Positions 1 through 12,035 of a DNA stretch of 64,000 nucleotides are shown one piece after another (position 1 is the stretch's first letter; every line of letters starts with the position of its first letter). The notes under the pieces are model-generated. The model made no database searches and had not been told where the DNA came from. It saw nothing but the letters and a program-made list of their open reading frames with translations. Source of the stretch: the human T2T-CHM13v2.0 reference genome, Homo sapiens; the NCBI RefSeq assembly GCF_009914755.1, contig NC_060930.1; one strand, 5' to 3'. Both the position numbers and the translations under genes were made by a program.

Positions 1-988
1 TCTGCCATTATACTGAGGGGGCAAACCAAGAGGTGAGAATTGAAAAGCAAAGGCAAATAATGCTGGATTAAAATGACTGGTGGAAATGTCAGAGCAGGAG
101 CTAAAGAACCAGCAACAATCAAACCAGAAGAAAGAAAAGTGGGTATTAGAGAAAAGCAAGAGCTGAAATAAGCAAGTTGAAGTATAAGAGAATAAGAGAA
201 ACTCTGAAAGTACCAGACAAAATTTGGCCAGACTGTCATATGCTATCCCAGCTAGATTTTGTTTTATGTTGTTCCATGTGCCACATACATCTAGTTTCTG
301 ACATTATCATCTAATATAACCATTTTGTTGATTTCTAGATAATTTTCAATGACTCTCTTTATTAAAAATGAATTTTAAACCAGACACTTTAAGTGTTTAA
401 ATTACCTAAGTATCCCAAGACTGACAAGTAAGCAGTTGTCATCCAAGATAGCAAATACTATTGAAATTTGACTGGTGAGGCACAAAGCAGAGGAAGTGGG
501 GGAGTAGCCCCTGCATGTGACTGTGTAGTTCCTGTAGAGAAAAGGGTGCTTGGATGGGAAAAGCTGGGGCTGAAACTCAGCTTGAGATGCAAGCCAAGCT
601 TTGTGGCCTGGTCACCCTGGGGAAGTTATCACCATGCTGCAAGACTTCAGAGGAGGCATCTCCTTTCGTAGTTTGCCCATTCCTGGCGGGTACTTTTTTG
701 CAGTTTGCCTAAGGCAGCTTAATGCAGTATGGGTGCCTCGAGGAGGAGGACAGCTAGTTGAACCTCAAAGAGGCCACCCAGGTATAAAATGCACCATGAG
801 GTAGGGTATAATTTTCAGCTTTCCAAATACATCAATCTGAACTTGCTAAAGAAATGAGAGTAAATCAGTAGATTCAGCTTTTGAGCAGCTCACATTCTTT
901 CTTTCTACGTATATATGTGGCTTAAAAGATTCCTTCAGTGTCTTATTTCATGTGGAATAGTATTCAGATCCCTTGATAAGCTCTACAG

Positions 989-1075
989 CAGTGTCTTTCA
1001 AAGTTGTTTTTTTTTTTAACTAGGACCCAAAAGGGGAAATAATGTTTATATACCATGACCCAGTACACAGATATG

Positions 1076-1106
<31 letters not shown>

Positions 1107-1265
1107 CTGAAGCAATCATTTTATGAAAATTATTTTCTGAACGTATGCAATGCACTTTGATTTTTCTTATTCTTTTCTATTCTATTTCATTTAAGAAAAT
1201 TGTTGCATGTCACTGAATTGATTTCAAGGCCAACAAATTGATCACAGACCAATTTGAAAAATATT
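989..1265 (-). mobile_element. hAT-Charlie-type non-autonomous DNA transposon relic (MER112-like) containing a (CA)n tract
   Basis: CAGTGTCTTTCAAA left end and TTTGAAAAATATT right end resemble hAT TIRs; internal 'gacccagtacaca' and 'tgcaatgcactttgatttt' resemble the recalled consensus. Subfamily uncertain. Confidence 0.5.
1076..1103. repeat. (CA)14 microsatellite
   Basis: Read directly. Confidence 0.97.
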
Positions 1266-1299
1266 AACCTACAACTCCATTTAACATGACTCTAAGGTT

Positions 1300-1600
1300 T
1301 TTGGAACTTGTTGCTCCCTCTGCCTTAAACTGTCCATTCAGATATCTCTGCAGGAAAGGCTCCTTCCTTTCTAAGTTTCTACTCAAATGCCATTGCTTCA
1401 AAGAAGCTTGGACTTACCACCCATCCTGAAGACCTACACCCTAACTCTATGGACAATGATTTTCTTCACTTATTTGTTAACTTGTGTATTTCATGCCCCT
1501 TCCCACATGTGAACATACAAGCTTTGTAAGAGAAGAGAGCCCATCTTCTTCACTGCTGCTCCCCACAAATTCTGGCAACATGGCAAGTGATTAATGAAGA
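1300..1600 (+). mobile_element. L2 3' end fragment
   Basis: 'ttgctccctctgcct', 'tcaaatgccattgcttca', 'cttcactgctg' follow the order of the L2 3' consensus. Confidence 0.6.
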
Positions 1601-2380
1601 TATATGTTTTATCTATCATATATGTACATCTGTTCCAAAATTCCAAAATATTATTTTACAGTGGAAAAGACCATTTTTATTCAATCTGGGAAGTGTTGTC
1701 AGCAGATTATTGTGCTTTCCTCTAAAGGAATGCTACATTTGAAAAAATTATCAGAGTGACAGAAATTAATCATGTATTTTGAGTTTAGTGGCAACCAAAA
1801 GAACATCTCCTTAATAATGCAATACACCCTAGTGACTAGAAAACTTTATCTCTGAAACTGTACACTTTCTCCTTTCTACCATGCTTAAATGGCAAATCCA
1901 AGCTCTATTTGGTCTTCACTTTTCATTAAACAGAGCAGAACCCAAGTTTTATATGACCTGAAGCTCATATGGTTTGGAGCCCCATTGAAGAATAGGAAAT
2001 TACAAATACAACATGTCCTCACAGTGTCACCGAATGGAAATGAAAATGTTATGGAGAAATGGTAAGAACCAGTAGTGTTATCCAATTATAGTAGAAATGC
2101 CTCAGTTATGCAAATTTTATAAGTATGTGTGACCCTCTCAGGCCTCTCTCAGAAGCCACGAAAATAGCTATATTTAAGCTTCATTGGCTTCACAGGACAT
2201 TTGCCTCTGCTTCTAGGTATACATTTAGTTACAAAATAGTTTTCTTTTTCCTGAAATAAAGTACAATTGTTACAATTTCTGTTTTCTGAGTTGCAATCTT
2301 ATTTCTTTCTTCTTGAGATTGCTAACAAATTACTTCAATAAGAATTGTGGATATTTCACAAATCTTACTTCATACACTTA

Positions 2381-2400
2381 AAAACCAAAATTTTGGTTTT
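2381..2400. repeat. 20-bp perfect palindrome AAAACCAAAATTTTGGTTTT
   Basis: Equals its own reverse complement. Confidence 0.95.
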
Positions 2401-2692
2401 GTTCCTGAGATAGTTAATTACATTCATTGTATATGTACTTTGTGATTTTAGTTTCAGAAAGGAAATGCATTTCTCAATTACAGATGGCAGGAGCCTCACT
2501 CTCCTCCATCCTCCCTGCCTTCCCTACTCTAGCCCCTGACACCACTATAAGAATAAAACAAGGGTTACGATAGAAAAACAAAAACAAACATAGGTAATAT
2601 GTGAGAAAATATAAGATGACTTAAGACAGGCAACAAGAATTAAGAAAGATTTCCTGAAATCTCTAGGGCATCAGTAGATGATTTATAGAGGA

Positions 2693-3200
2693 TGTATTAG
2701 TTTTCTATTCCTGCTATAACAAATTGCCAGAAACTTGGTAGCTTAAAGCAAGGTAAGCTTATTATCTTACAGTTATCTAAGTCAGAAGTCCAACTCAGGT
2801 CTTACTGGGATAAATCAAGATGTTAGCAGAGTTATATCTCTTTCTAGAAGCTTTTGAGGAAAATTTGTTTCCTTGACTTTTCTATCTTCTAGACGCTGCC
2901 TGCATTCTTTGGCTCATGGTTCTTCCTCCATTTTTCAAAGTCAGCAAGTTTCATTGCCCTGACCCTTCTTCTATAGATACGTTCCTCTGACCACAGCAAG
3001 TAAAGGGTCTCTATTTTTAGAGACCCATGTGATTATATTGGGCCCTCCAGAAAATCCAGGATATCACTTGATCTTAAGGTTTTTAACTTAATCATATCTG
3101 CAAAGTCTCTTTAGCCATATAAGGTAACATATTCACAGCTTTCAGGGATTCCCACCCAGACATCTTCTGGGGGATGGGGAGGTTCATTCTGCCTGTCAGA
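2693..3200 (-). mobile_element. Solo ERVL-MaLR LTR, MLT1D-like
   Basis: Starts TGTATTAGTTTTCTATT-CTGCTATAACAAATT (reverse complement of the MLT1 3' end); 'gtttccttgacttttct', 'aaggtaacatattcacag', ends 'attctgcct'. Confidence 0.85.
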
Positions 3201-3714
3201 GTGGGTAAGTGGAATGATAAGTGCTAGGGAGATAAATTTGATGAAAATGAGCAGTAACATTGGAAATCATTACATGCCTACCACTGTTACTCAATGGGAA
3301 GTGTTTGTAGCTTGAGCTTGAGAAGAGAACTTTCCTGTGTAAGATGTAAGGAAGGATTGACAAAGAGAAGCAAGGTTTCCAAATTGGACAAAAGGATAAA
3401 TGGTACTCCCATTCATGAAGTTGGGGCTAGAAGGAGAGAATAATGGAGAGTGAATTCATATTGTCATATTGATTTAAGTTCCTATGATACTTAATGCTAC
3501 ATCTGGGAGGAGATGAGTGTATTCTCATGGAACGGAAGCGAAGAAAAGAGATCGGCAGTGGATGCTTTGATTAGCATGTGCTCACTGATTCATCAAATGT
3601 TCCTGGACACGTCCTAAGTGCCAGTTGTGGGAAATGAGAGGCGGGGAACTGACCAAGTACAATTGGAACTGATTCAAAGTCTGATTTTCCTGAGTGGTGC
3701 ATCTGCAGTAAAAC

Positions 3715-3950
3715 CAGGTGTGGAAGAGCAGGAATGCTATAGTCAGCTTGTCTGCATTTGAATCCTGATTCTACTACCTTCTACTTGGGTAACCTTCAGG
3801 AAATTATTTACTCTCACTGTGCTTCACTCTCCTTTCTTCTGGGATAGTTATAATAATAAAAGTGTTTTCTTCATAGTTTTGTTGTGAGTTCCTACATGTA
3901 AAATTATTTGAATAGTGCCTGACACATATTAAATAAATACTACTTATAAA
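3715..3950 (+). mobile_element. MIR
   Basis: 'tttgaatcctgattctactac...gtaaccttcaggaaattatttactctcactgtgcttca...aatagtgcctgacacata' matches the MIR core and 3' part. Confidence 0.8.
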
Positions 3951-4724
3951 TATGAAAAGATAAGGGAAAATTATGGAATGGATCCTCTTGAAGTAAGGGT
4001 TTGATTGGTCTAAGTCAGAAAGTAATGGATAGGAAGAAGAGGCGGACATAGAGTCATCAAATCATCTCTTCCTTCCAAGGTTGTAGCCTTCTGGGTGCTG
4101 TCCTCTGGAATCCTTAGTTCTCAGGCTGCTTTTCTGGAGTCTCTTTCTAAGAATTATGCAAGCTAGCAACATTCAGTCTCCTGGCATGTCAATCATCAAA
4201 ATGCCAAAACACATGCTGCTCACTGATAAAATTCAGTGTTTAAATTGAAGACTAAAAACATTTATACACAATTTACACATCTCTTTCTAATAAAGGAAGT
4301 ATATCTTAGTCCTGTCCTTCTTGAGTGGGTAAACAACTCTTTCTTACATCTTCCACATCTCCTATGAGGCCATCCTGTTTCAAAGGCGAGGGCCAAGGTA
4401 AACTATCAGAGAGAGGTTTGAAAAGAGGTGGTTGGTTTTAATACTCATCCATTTGTATTAGCATGAGAATAAATGAGAGATCTACCAGACTCCCATGTTG
4501 GCCCCAAAATTTACAGCGTCTGGAGTGAGAAATACAAATTGGACAATAGTTTTGACTTTTCCTCCTCTTTAGACTCTGTTTTGCTTATCTTAATTATTTC
4601 TTTTGTGTTTTGAGCATCTCTGTTATTTTCATTCACAGAAAAGAGAGAACAAGAAATTTGGAATAATTATAACAAGATGATAATGAAAGGGTGAAGTTCG
4701 TGATATATGGGATTAGCTAACGTG

Positions 4725-4840
4725 GACTAAATAGTTACTATGTGTCAGGCAGCGTAAAATATGCTATCTGTCATTTATTCCTCATAATCATTCTACAGGG
4801 CAGATATAATCCTCATCTTAAAAATTAGAAAACTGAAAAA
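4725..4840 (-). mobile_element. MIR fragment
   Basis: 'tactatgtgtcaggca...ttattcctcataa...cctcatctta...gaaaactga'. Confidence 0.65.
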
Positions 4841-4989
4841 TAAAATAACCCACTTTGTAGAAGTGGGTCTACCAGAATTCTCTGCTCACAAGGCATCTCG
4901 AAGGCCATGTGCAAACAGGGTTGCAAGGAATGGGTGCCTATGTTCATTTCACATCTCTCCTCTGCTCATATGCATGCTCCATCACCACA

Positions 4990-5133
4990 CTAGATTTCAA
5001 AACACACTTTAAAAGATATAGTTATTAAGAATTTCAAGATGGCAGCAGCAGAGTATTTAATGAAGTGTAGGACCCTTCTGAGAGCAGGGACCTGTGTGAA
5101 TGCACAGGTCACACACCCATCAGTCTGTCTCTG
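4990..5133. mobile_element. hAT-Tip100 relic, MER45-like
   Basis: 'aagaatttcaagatggcagcagcagagtattt...cccttctgag...cctgtgtgaatgcacaggtcacacacccat' resembles the recalled MER45 end. Confidence 0.65.
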
Positions 5134-5318
5134 TGTTTACCCCAAACTAATTTGAGTTAAAATTCAATAGTTTAAGATGTTAAAATCACCATTTTAAAAA
5201 TTTTGAACAGAAATAGGGTTCTGTTTACCATCATTCCATTTAATTAAAAATGCAATGCCTGTTTAGTTTGTAGTTTAGTTTTTCAGTCATGAGCAACTGC
5301 TCTCTTCATTATCTAACC

Positions 5319-5530
5319 CAGTGCTTTTCAAGCGATTCTAACAGAAGAGTTGTTTTCCTCTCAATTCATTACCAACTGATATTTTTGTGAAATACAAAAC
5401 CACACAGTTGGATATCTTGCTCTTGTCAAATTGCTTTAAAAGTATTTAAATGCCTATCCTCTCTTTCTGAACTAATCTCAATGGGACTTGGAAATAAATA
5501 GTTTACATACCACACTTTAAGTAGCATTGA
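5319..5530 (-). mobile_element. hAT-Charlie relic, MER5C-like
   Basis: Ends CAGTGCTTTTCAA ... CCACACTTTAAGTAGCATTG; internal 'tgtcaaattgctttaaaagt'. Confidence 0.55.
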
Positions 5531-5858
5531 TCTCAGAGATATCCTATGATTGCATTTTAATTATACAGATTATTTTTTAATGTTAATCTCAGTAAGAAAC
5601 TGCTTAGAAAGATTACCTCAGAGTCTTTTAATTCATTTATGGATGATGCAGGGATATGTAGCTGTCAAGTCTCTTTTTCTTTTTCTTTTTACATTACAAT
5701 GCAGTTTACTTAATTTATTTTGACAACTACTTCTAATTACTTAACGTAACACATTATATGGTAATAAAAACACTTAATAATGTAAGACCTCATTGCTATT
5801 TCAGATCAACTGAGTGATGTGTGCATATATTGTCCAGGCATTTGTGGCGTGGATCATG

Positions 5859-5893
5859 TCTCTCTCTCTCTGTGTGTGTGTGTGTGTGTGTGT
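5859..5893. repeat. Compound (TC)n(TG)n microsatellite
   Basis: Read directly. Confidence 0.95.
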
Positions 5894-6232
5894 ATTGGGG
5901 CAATTTCTTCAGATAAATTTTTGGATTCTCCAATGTGAAGAGATTAAATTCCACGTGGAATGTGAAAAAAATGAGTAGTAAATATTGCCAATTCTCAGCT
6001 CTGAAAAAAAATGGCTAAACATTATTTTAGATTACATTATATACTATATATTATACCTAATTTACATACCTGGCCTTTGTGGGGCATGCTTTTATAGGGC
6101 ACTAGATTATCATGTCTCTTTTTCATTTTTACCCTATGAAATAGTAATAAAGGATTTTTAAAAACTTGATTCTTGATAATATAGATACTGTTACATGACT
6201 GACTTGAAATTCTTTTTGAAAACAATAAAATA

Positions 6233-6523
6233 GGCCAGGCATGGTGGTTTACATCCATAATCTCAGCATTTAGAGGCTGAGGTGAGAGGATTGCTTGAAG
6301 CCAAGAGTTCAAAACCAGCTTGGACAACATAGTGAGACCCCAACTCTAAAAAAAAATGAAGAAAATTTGCTGGGCATGGTGGTGTGTGCCTGTGCTCCCA
6401 GCTACTCAAGAGACAGAGGTGGGAGGATTGTTTGAGCCCAGGAAGTCAAGATTGCAGTAAGCTGAGATTCTGCCACTGCACTCCAGCCTTGGCAACAGAG
6501 CAAGATCCCATCTCTAAAAAAAA
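6233..6523 (+). mobile_element. AluJ-type full-length Alu
   Basis: Dimeric Alu with 'gaggattgcttga' in the left arm and 'gaggattgtttgagcccagga' in the right arm (J-type), CpG-decayed, short A tail. Confidence 0.93.
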
Positions 6524-6572
6524 TTAGTAATAAATAAAACTATAAAATAATAGTAAAATTGGTAAACTGGAA

Positions 6573-6695
6573 ATTTGCAAATCAATATTATATATTAAAT
6601 ATGTGATTAAATACATGATTTGCAAACCAATATTATATATTAAATACATGAGTAAATATAATAAAATATTACATATTAAATACATGATTAAATAC
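6573..6695. repeat. Degenerate AT-rich tandem repeat, 45-bp unit, about 2.7 copies
   Basis: 'atttgcaaa(t/c)caatattatatattaaata' at 6573 and 6618; partial third copy near 6665. Confidence 0.85.
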
Positions 6696-6820
6696 AAGGA
6701 ATCTAATTCCTTGGATTAGAATTCTGGTGGTAAAGAGCAAGCATCCAGACCCACTTGATGTCTCTGAAAAAGGACTGCTGGTTTTCCACAATCTTTGAGA
6801 ATTGTGGTTGGATTGGGAAG

Positions 6821-7197
6821 TGTATTAGTTCCTTCTTAAGCTGCTATGAAGAAATACCCAAGCCTGGGTCATTTATATAGAAAAGAGGTTTAATTGATTC
6901 ACAGTTCTGCATGGCTGGGGAGGCCTCAGGAAACTTACAATCATGGTGGAAGGGGAAGCAAGCACATCCTTCTTCACATGATGGAAGGAAGGAGAAGTGC
7001 TGAGCAAAAGGGGGAAAACCCCTTATAAAACCATCAGATCTCATGAGAACTCACTCACTATCATGACAAGAGCAGCATGTGGGTAACTGCCCCCAAGACT
7101 CAATTACTTCTCACTGAGTCCCTTCCACAACAGGTAGGGATTATGGAAATTATAATTCCAGGTGACATTTGAGTGGTGACACAGTCAAACCATATCA
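6821..7197 (-). mobile_element. Solo THE1 LTR (THE1C-like)
   Basis: TGTATTAGT...CCATATCA termini, 'gaggcctcaggaaacttacaatcatgg', 'ccttataaaaccatcagatctcatgaga'; near-TSD GGAAG/GAAAG. Confidence 0.93.
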
Positions 7198-8288
7198 GAA
7201 AGTGTTACTAAAAAGAACTGAAATGTCTGGCCAATATTGTCACTCTTTCTTTCCATGATATTTATTCTCTGCTGAGTTCCCTGCATTTTATTCCCTAATT
7301 CTTTCACCCCATAGCTTCTTGGAAAATGCATCACAAGGTTCCAAGTATTTAGCAATTTCTGTTATTTATTAAGCACAGTTTATTTTCCTCAACTCCCAAT
7401 TGATTAAGTCAAGGCAGAAAGAAATAGAAAGTTGGAAAGCCAAATCTCATGTGCTCCCTAACCTGGCCAGGTTGTGGCTCAAAGAAAATAGGATTAGGAA
7501 GGAGAACATCAGAGAATTTTCCAATGGAACTAACTTGGCTTCACTACAGATACTCAGATGTCAAGTGCCAGAAAGATGTTGGGGAAATGACTACACTATA
7601 ATTAAAAGTTTCTAGTTTTTTGGCTATTTTACTAATCAAGATACTTTTTGAAACATTAAGAAAAAAAATCTGAAAAAAAAATTTGTCAACTTTTCTTCAT
7701 GAAGGTGGTGTGGAGAGAAGAATAGAAGGGAAAGCTTAGAAAGCAAGTAAATATTTAATAAGGTCAAAACATTTAAAATATAAAAATAAAGTCTTGAAAA
7801 TAATATTGTGTCTTCACCTTACTGTTTTTTTTTGTCTTCATTCAATCACCATCCAGCCATGCACACCACAAAGCCCAATCATCACTGAAAATATATCAAA
7901 AGGAAAGTAATTTTAAAATTATTTTTAATGCAAGTACTGAATCAGACTAATTAGCAAACCTTTATCCTGGTCTACTGAGAAAGATGTCAAAATAATTCGT
8001 ATTTTCATCACAATAAAATTAAATAATTTTATACTTATTCTTCAGGGTTATTTTAGATTTTTAGGATTTTACATGTCTAAGAAGCATTAAAGCAAGGCAT
8101 TTTTTAGTTCATTTGGTCATTTCACTTACTTTTGTAATTTAGAAACTTTAAATCTATTGTATCCAAAATACTATTAGAACTATGACTACATTAAATGGAA
8201 GAAGGAAGTCTTTCTATTTTCAATGAAAAAAAACTCCAACAACTGAACCTGAGCCTGAACCATTCAAACTTAAGAAAATAAATTTATA

Positions 8289-8603
<315 letters not shown>

Positions 8604-9039
8604 TTAAATAAATAATCATTGCAGCACTGGCCAAAATATCATGTGTTATATGTTTTTTAGCAATTTTGCAAGGTTCTTATGGAAAGCTATTCGGTATTTG
8701 CTTGGCTAAACTAGTCAGATAAATTGTATATAATATTTATTTATAGTATTAAATTTTTGGTTTAGGGAAATTGTGAAATTATATTTGTGAACGTAATACT
8801 ATATGAGATATAAAATAAATAAATCAGGTAAGTCACACATACTTCTAATTTTTGGATCTGTTTAATCTTGCTAAATAAAGCACAGGATGTCATAAGGTGT
8901 TGCAATAGAGTGTTGTTGTGGTGAGTGAGATGACAAGAAAACTAAATCTTCCACTGTTTCAAGGTCAGTTTCATCAAATGACCATACTTCTTAAGGTGTT
9001 TTTGGCCCAGGGATTTTGTCCTTTTAAGTCAAGATGAGG

Positions 9040-9420
9040 GGACAGATCCATTCACTCCTTCAATCAACTCTTCTTTACTAAGTCTTTACTCTGAGCTGGG
9101 TATTGTGCCCAGTGCTGGGGTTATAACAAAAATGAAAGAGATAGATATAGGTTGGTCCTTATGGACCATACAGTATGACAGCTGTTTACTGTAGTATTGG
9201 GCACTTTTACCCCAAGACCAAGTCCACATGCTAGTGTGTAATGTGAAATATGCTCTATAGAATTCATTTATTCACTCATTCATGTATTTAAGTCAGCAAT
9301 TTTTGAGTAACTATTATGATCCAAACACTCTGCTAAACCTTTTGACTACAAAGATAAAAGAAAAGAAAAATCCTTCTGCACTTAAAGGATTTACAGTCTA
9401 AATAAAAGGGAAACACACAT
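9040..9420 (-). mobile_element. Two L2 3' end fragments
   Basis: 'cattcactccttcaatcaac...' and 'attcatttattcactcattcatg...ttttgagtaactattatg' (reverse complement of the L2 tail). Confidence 0.55.
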
Positions 9421-10396
9421 GACCATTAAAATTAAAAACAAAGGATATAAAACATGAATACAATGAATATCATAATGCAATGTAGCAGATAGATTCAAAT
9501 GTGAAACAATCCAGCATACTTGAAGTTGGAAGTTTAGGCAGAAATATTGATATCAGCACATGGAAGAGCCCTAACCACATATTACCTTATAAACTTGTTT
9601 GCAGTCCTAATCCCTTTGTATTTCAGTACTTCATATGTCTGAAAGAGCGAGAAAAAAATAGTGCATATATCACAAGGTTTAAAAGTGAGCATTAAATGTA
9701 ATAATATAGGTAATGTTCTTATAAGAGTGCCTGACACATATTACATACTAAAGAAATATTAGTGGTCATTTTCATTTTTATCCTTTCTGATTTTGTGTTT
9801 GTGATTTCCTTTTCTTCATTAGATTTCCAAGGATTCTTTAAATTAATTTTCATTATATCAATAATTATGCCCCTTGATTTAGTAATCAAATACATTGTTT
9901 TATTGGTTATACCAACAAACAGGAAAAATATGAAGATATTGTTTAATATTTCCAAATTCATTAAATTCTGCTCTTATTTAATACTGTATTTTTCCTTCTG
10001 ATTAATTGATTTATAAATTATGAGTGGTCTGCTTAGTGCATTGATTTTTCATTCTTATTTAATAATGAAAACATTTAATGTTACACATTTGCCTTTGCAT
10101 ATAGCTTTAGTGATGTGATATAATTTTGATGTGCAGCATCCTTCTGCTCAGTAATTTATGAATACATGTGACTATACTTTTAATTTTTATTTGACCCAAT
10201 AACTAGGATAATAATTTAAATCTCGAGTTAATGGCTGTTTGGGGTTTGTTTTTTTTTTTCTTTACGTTTTTCCTGTTTGAAAACCATTAAGTTAATTTCA
10301 AATTTTAGTGTATCTTTGTCAAAGATTATATTTAGTATATGCAATATCTGCTTTGGTAATTTATTTAGATTTTAAAAAAATCTTCTCTTTTTTTCC

Positions 10397-10480
10397 TTTT
10401 TTTTTAACTTTATTGTTCAAGGGTAAATGTGCAGGCTTGTTACCTAGGTAAACATGCATCATGGGGGTTTGTTGTACCAG
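10397..10480 (-). mobile_element. L1PA/L1PB 3' end fragment
   Basis: Poly-T then 'atgtgcaggcttgttacctaggtaaacatgcatcatgggggtttgttgtac'. Confidence 0.8.
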
Positions 10481-10568
10481 TTGTTTCTTTATGGTGTGGT
10501 CTGTTTTCAGTTACACAGACTATAGATAATTGTTTTTTGTTTTCGTTTTTGTTTTTGTTTTCTATTTC

Positions 10569-10705
10569 TTTTTTTTTTTTTTTTTCCTAGAGATAGGGTT
10601 CTGCCATGTTGGCCAGGATAGTCTCAAACTCCAGGCCTCAAGTGATCTGCCCGCCTTGGCCTCCCACAGTGCTGGGATTAAAGGTGTGAGCCACTGACCC
10701 TGGCC
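10569..10705 (-). mobile_element. Free left Alu monomer (FLAM_C-like)
   Basis: Single left arm with poly-T; flanking 'gacta/ctaga' at about 10518 and 10707. Confidence 0.85.
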
Positions 10706-11460
10706 GGACTCTAGACATTTGAAAAGAAATTTACCACTCTATTACATAAAGTTTAGTGTACAGTTATTCTATTTCTAATATAATTTATTATTTGTCTTCT
10801 ATGTTGAAACAATTTATCAAAATATCAAAATAATATTTGAAGTAGTATATCAAAGTCTTGCATTTTAGTCTTGCATTTGAAGTCTTCTATTTCTATCTAG
10901 CTTAAGTTCTACTTTTAAAAAAGAATTTATATTTTAGATATGTTGAGTCTCTGCTGCTACTTGAAGTTTCATGCTTGTTATACCTTCATTATATATTCTC
11001 TTTTTCTGCATAAAATGACAATTTGTATCTAATTTAATGCTTTCTGCCTTGGACTCTATCTTGTCTAAGACTAAAATAATGATCAATATCTGCTTTCAAC
11101 TTTTCAAATACCCACATATCCTTATTTCCCATTGAGTGGGGTAGAAAAAGACAAATAGAATCTGGTTAGTCTCTATGGCAAAGTCATACATATGAGATCT
11201 AGAAACATTTTTCTTTTGCCAAGGGCATTAAAATGGCAGGTGGAGAATCAGTACTACAAACAGGCATATCTGCTTTTAGTTTTCTTTTATTAATTGTTTA
11301 TGTAACTTATACTAGACTGCTCATGATCAATAAAACATGCAGGAAGTTACAAGACCTTTTTCCATGACTATCACTAATTCAGTCAGGGTATTAGTAGTGA
11401 AGAAGAAAACACAATCCCAATATAAGCAAATATACCTAGTATCCAACAAAATAAGCTCTC

Positions 11461-11624
11461 AGCTGGGTGTGGTGGCATGTGCCTGTAGTCCCAGGTACTT
11501 GCGAGGATGAAGCAGGAGGATCGCTTGAGCCCAGGAGTTCGAGTAGGCAGAGCTATGATCGCACCACATCCAGCCCGGATGACAAAGCGAGACTCCATCT
11601 TTAAAGGAAAAAATAAAAAAAAAA
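11461..11624 (+). mobile_element. Free Alu monomer (FAM/FRAM-like)
   Basis: One monomer 'gctgggtgtggtggcatgtgcctgtagtccca...gagcccaggagttcgag...gagctatgatcgc...gagactccatct' plus A tail. Confidence 0.85.
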
Positions 11625-11694
11625 ACCTAAGCTTTTAAAATTAGTCATCTAATGAACCACTGAATACGATAATTATGTCTTACATATTTACAAT

Positions 11695-12035
11695 ATACAC
11701 TCTCTGACTTAACGATGGTCTGACTTGGGATTTTTAAATTTAAGATGGCATAAAGGCACATGCATTCAGTAGAAACCGTACTGCAAGTACCCACACAACA
11801 ATTTTAGTTTTCACTGTTAGTGTTCAATAACTTACATGAGATATCCAATACTTTATTATAAAATAGGCATTGTGGTAGATGATTTTGCCTACTCTAGGCT
11901 AATAAAAGTGTTCTGGCAAAGCAAGCTAGAATGTTTGGTAGGTTAGTTGTTTAAATGCATTTTTAAATCATGATATTTTCAATTTATAAAGGGTTTATTG
12001 GGACATAATCCCATCAGAAATTAAGGGACATCTGT
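11695..12035 (-). mobile_element. TcMar-Tigger relic, MER47A-like
   Basis: 'gacttaacgatgg', 'gcattcagtagaaaccgtact', 'gggtttattgggacataatcccatc', ends 'catctgTA'. Confidence 0.8.

Larger units (their letters stand above)
9960..11110 (-). mobile_element. Old L1M fragment interrupted by an L1P 3' end and an Alu monomer
   Basis: T-rich, diverged L1-like text ('agtctctgctg', 'tgctttctgccttggactctatcttgtct'). Boundaries approximate. Confidence 0.5.

Noticed and set aside
468-806. GC-richer patch with GAGGAAGTG, TATAAAA (783), CACCATG and GAG|GTAGGG as a promoter or first exon
   Set aside because: The TATA lies only about 13 bp from the ATG, there is no CpG island, and the patch could be an unrecognised old LTR.
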